This document shows, in pieces, positions 63,575 through 64,000 of a DNA stretch of 64,000 nucleotides; the first letter of the stretch is position 1; each line of letters starts with the position of its first letter. The notes beneath the pieces are model-generated. The model ran no database searches. It saw only the letters and a program-made list of their open reading frames with translations, and had not been told where the DNA came from. The position numbers and the translations under genes are program-made. Source of the stretch: an uncultured delta proteobacterium (lineage in GTDB: Bacteria; Desulfobacterota; Binatia; UBA9968); the NCBI GenBank assembly GCA_963760795.1, contig CAVXEP010000005.1, positions 64,001-128,000 on the forward strand. The letters are read 5' to 3'.

Positions 63575-63779
63575 GGCAATCTCCCCAGTGTAATCTAACT
63601 GTTCGCTGAACTATTCGCCGCGCGAATTGATCCTTTAATAGCAACCTCAAAAGGGCAGGTTTCAAACCCGCCCCTTGTACAACTCCAATTCTATTTTGCG
63701 TCCTTTGCGTTCTTTGCGGCCATTCTCATTTCGGGTGCGGCTTCGCCGCGCTGGACCTTCGTGTCTAATCGGCCAATCT

Positions 63780-63998
63780 CTATTTAGCCGTCTTGCCGAA
63801 AATCTCATTGAACAACTTGTCCGCCGGGCGGCGGTCGGCGAAGTTATCGTCGTCGGCATCGAAGTAGTCAACGCCCTCTCGGCGTTGAACTTCTTCCGGC
63901 AGATCGTTCTTGGCAATATCGGTTCGCAGCGAATTGGACGCGGTGCGCGTGCGCCCCTTGCGGCCTTTTTGCACCACGGTTTGTCCTTCCCGCGACAA
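63780..63998 (-). CDS. C-terminal end of a probable extracellular solute-binding protein (truncated by window edge)
   Basis: LSREGQ..SLRTDI matches the C-terminal LSxEGQ / RTDV pattern of the other AfuA-type SBPs here. Confidence 0.5.
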   Translation of the reverse strand: MSREGQTVVQKGRKGRTRTASNSLRTDIAKNDLPEEVQRREGVDYFDADDDNFADRRPADKLFNEIFGKTAK

Positions 63999-64000
63999 GA

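Noticed and set aside
1-64000. CRISPR array, tRNA/rRNA, integrase or transposase
   Set aside because: No regularly spaced repeat-spacer array, cloverleaf or recombinase motif was found by eye; the repeats seen are isolated intergenic palindromes.

Overview
GC-rich bacterial chromosomal segment. Gene content (many orphan solute-binding proteins, CaiB/BaiF CoA-transferases, short palindromic intergenic repeats) suggests Candidatus Binatia or a related 'Deltaproteobacteria' lineage; this is inference only. About 15 otherwise intact genes, including hemH and hemY, carry single-base frameshifts, which points to uncorrected long-read indels rather than decay. Content in order: the 3' end of clpB, tandem MFS and SBP pairs, dinB, hemE-hemH-hemY, an acyl-CoA/organic-acid catabolic cluster, S1/P1 nuclease, RNase HI, a tail-anchored AAA ATPase, an accessory patch (about 28.5-37.5 kb) with gene fragments, a duplicated DUF427/membrane-protein unit flanking a BON-LysM/GlsB stress module, an acyl-CoA dehydrogenase pair, and SBP arrays with no permease or ATPase. 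Top candidates: (1) an AT-rich, translationally coupled ParB/Srx-like + Mrr-like nuclease + Dam-type m6A methyltransferase operon, a putative defence system whose first gene has its middle replaced by unrelated sequence; (2) an AhpD/CMD-family selenoprotein (CPYU plus SECIS hairpin) that the ORF track splits in two; (3) an ~80-bp two-copy element with conserved stems and two alternative folds. No CRISPR array, tRNA, rRNA, integrase or transposase was recognised.
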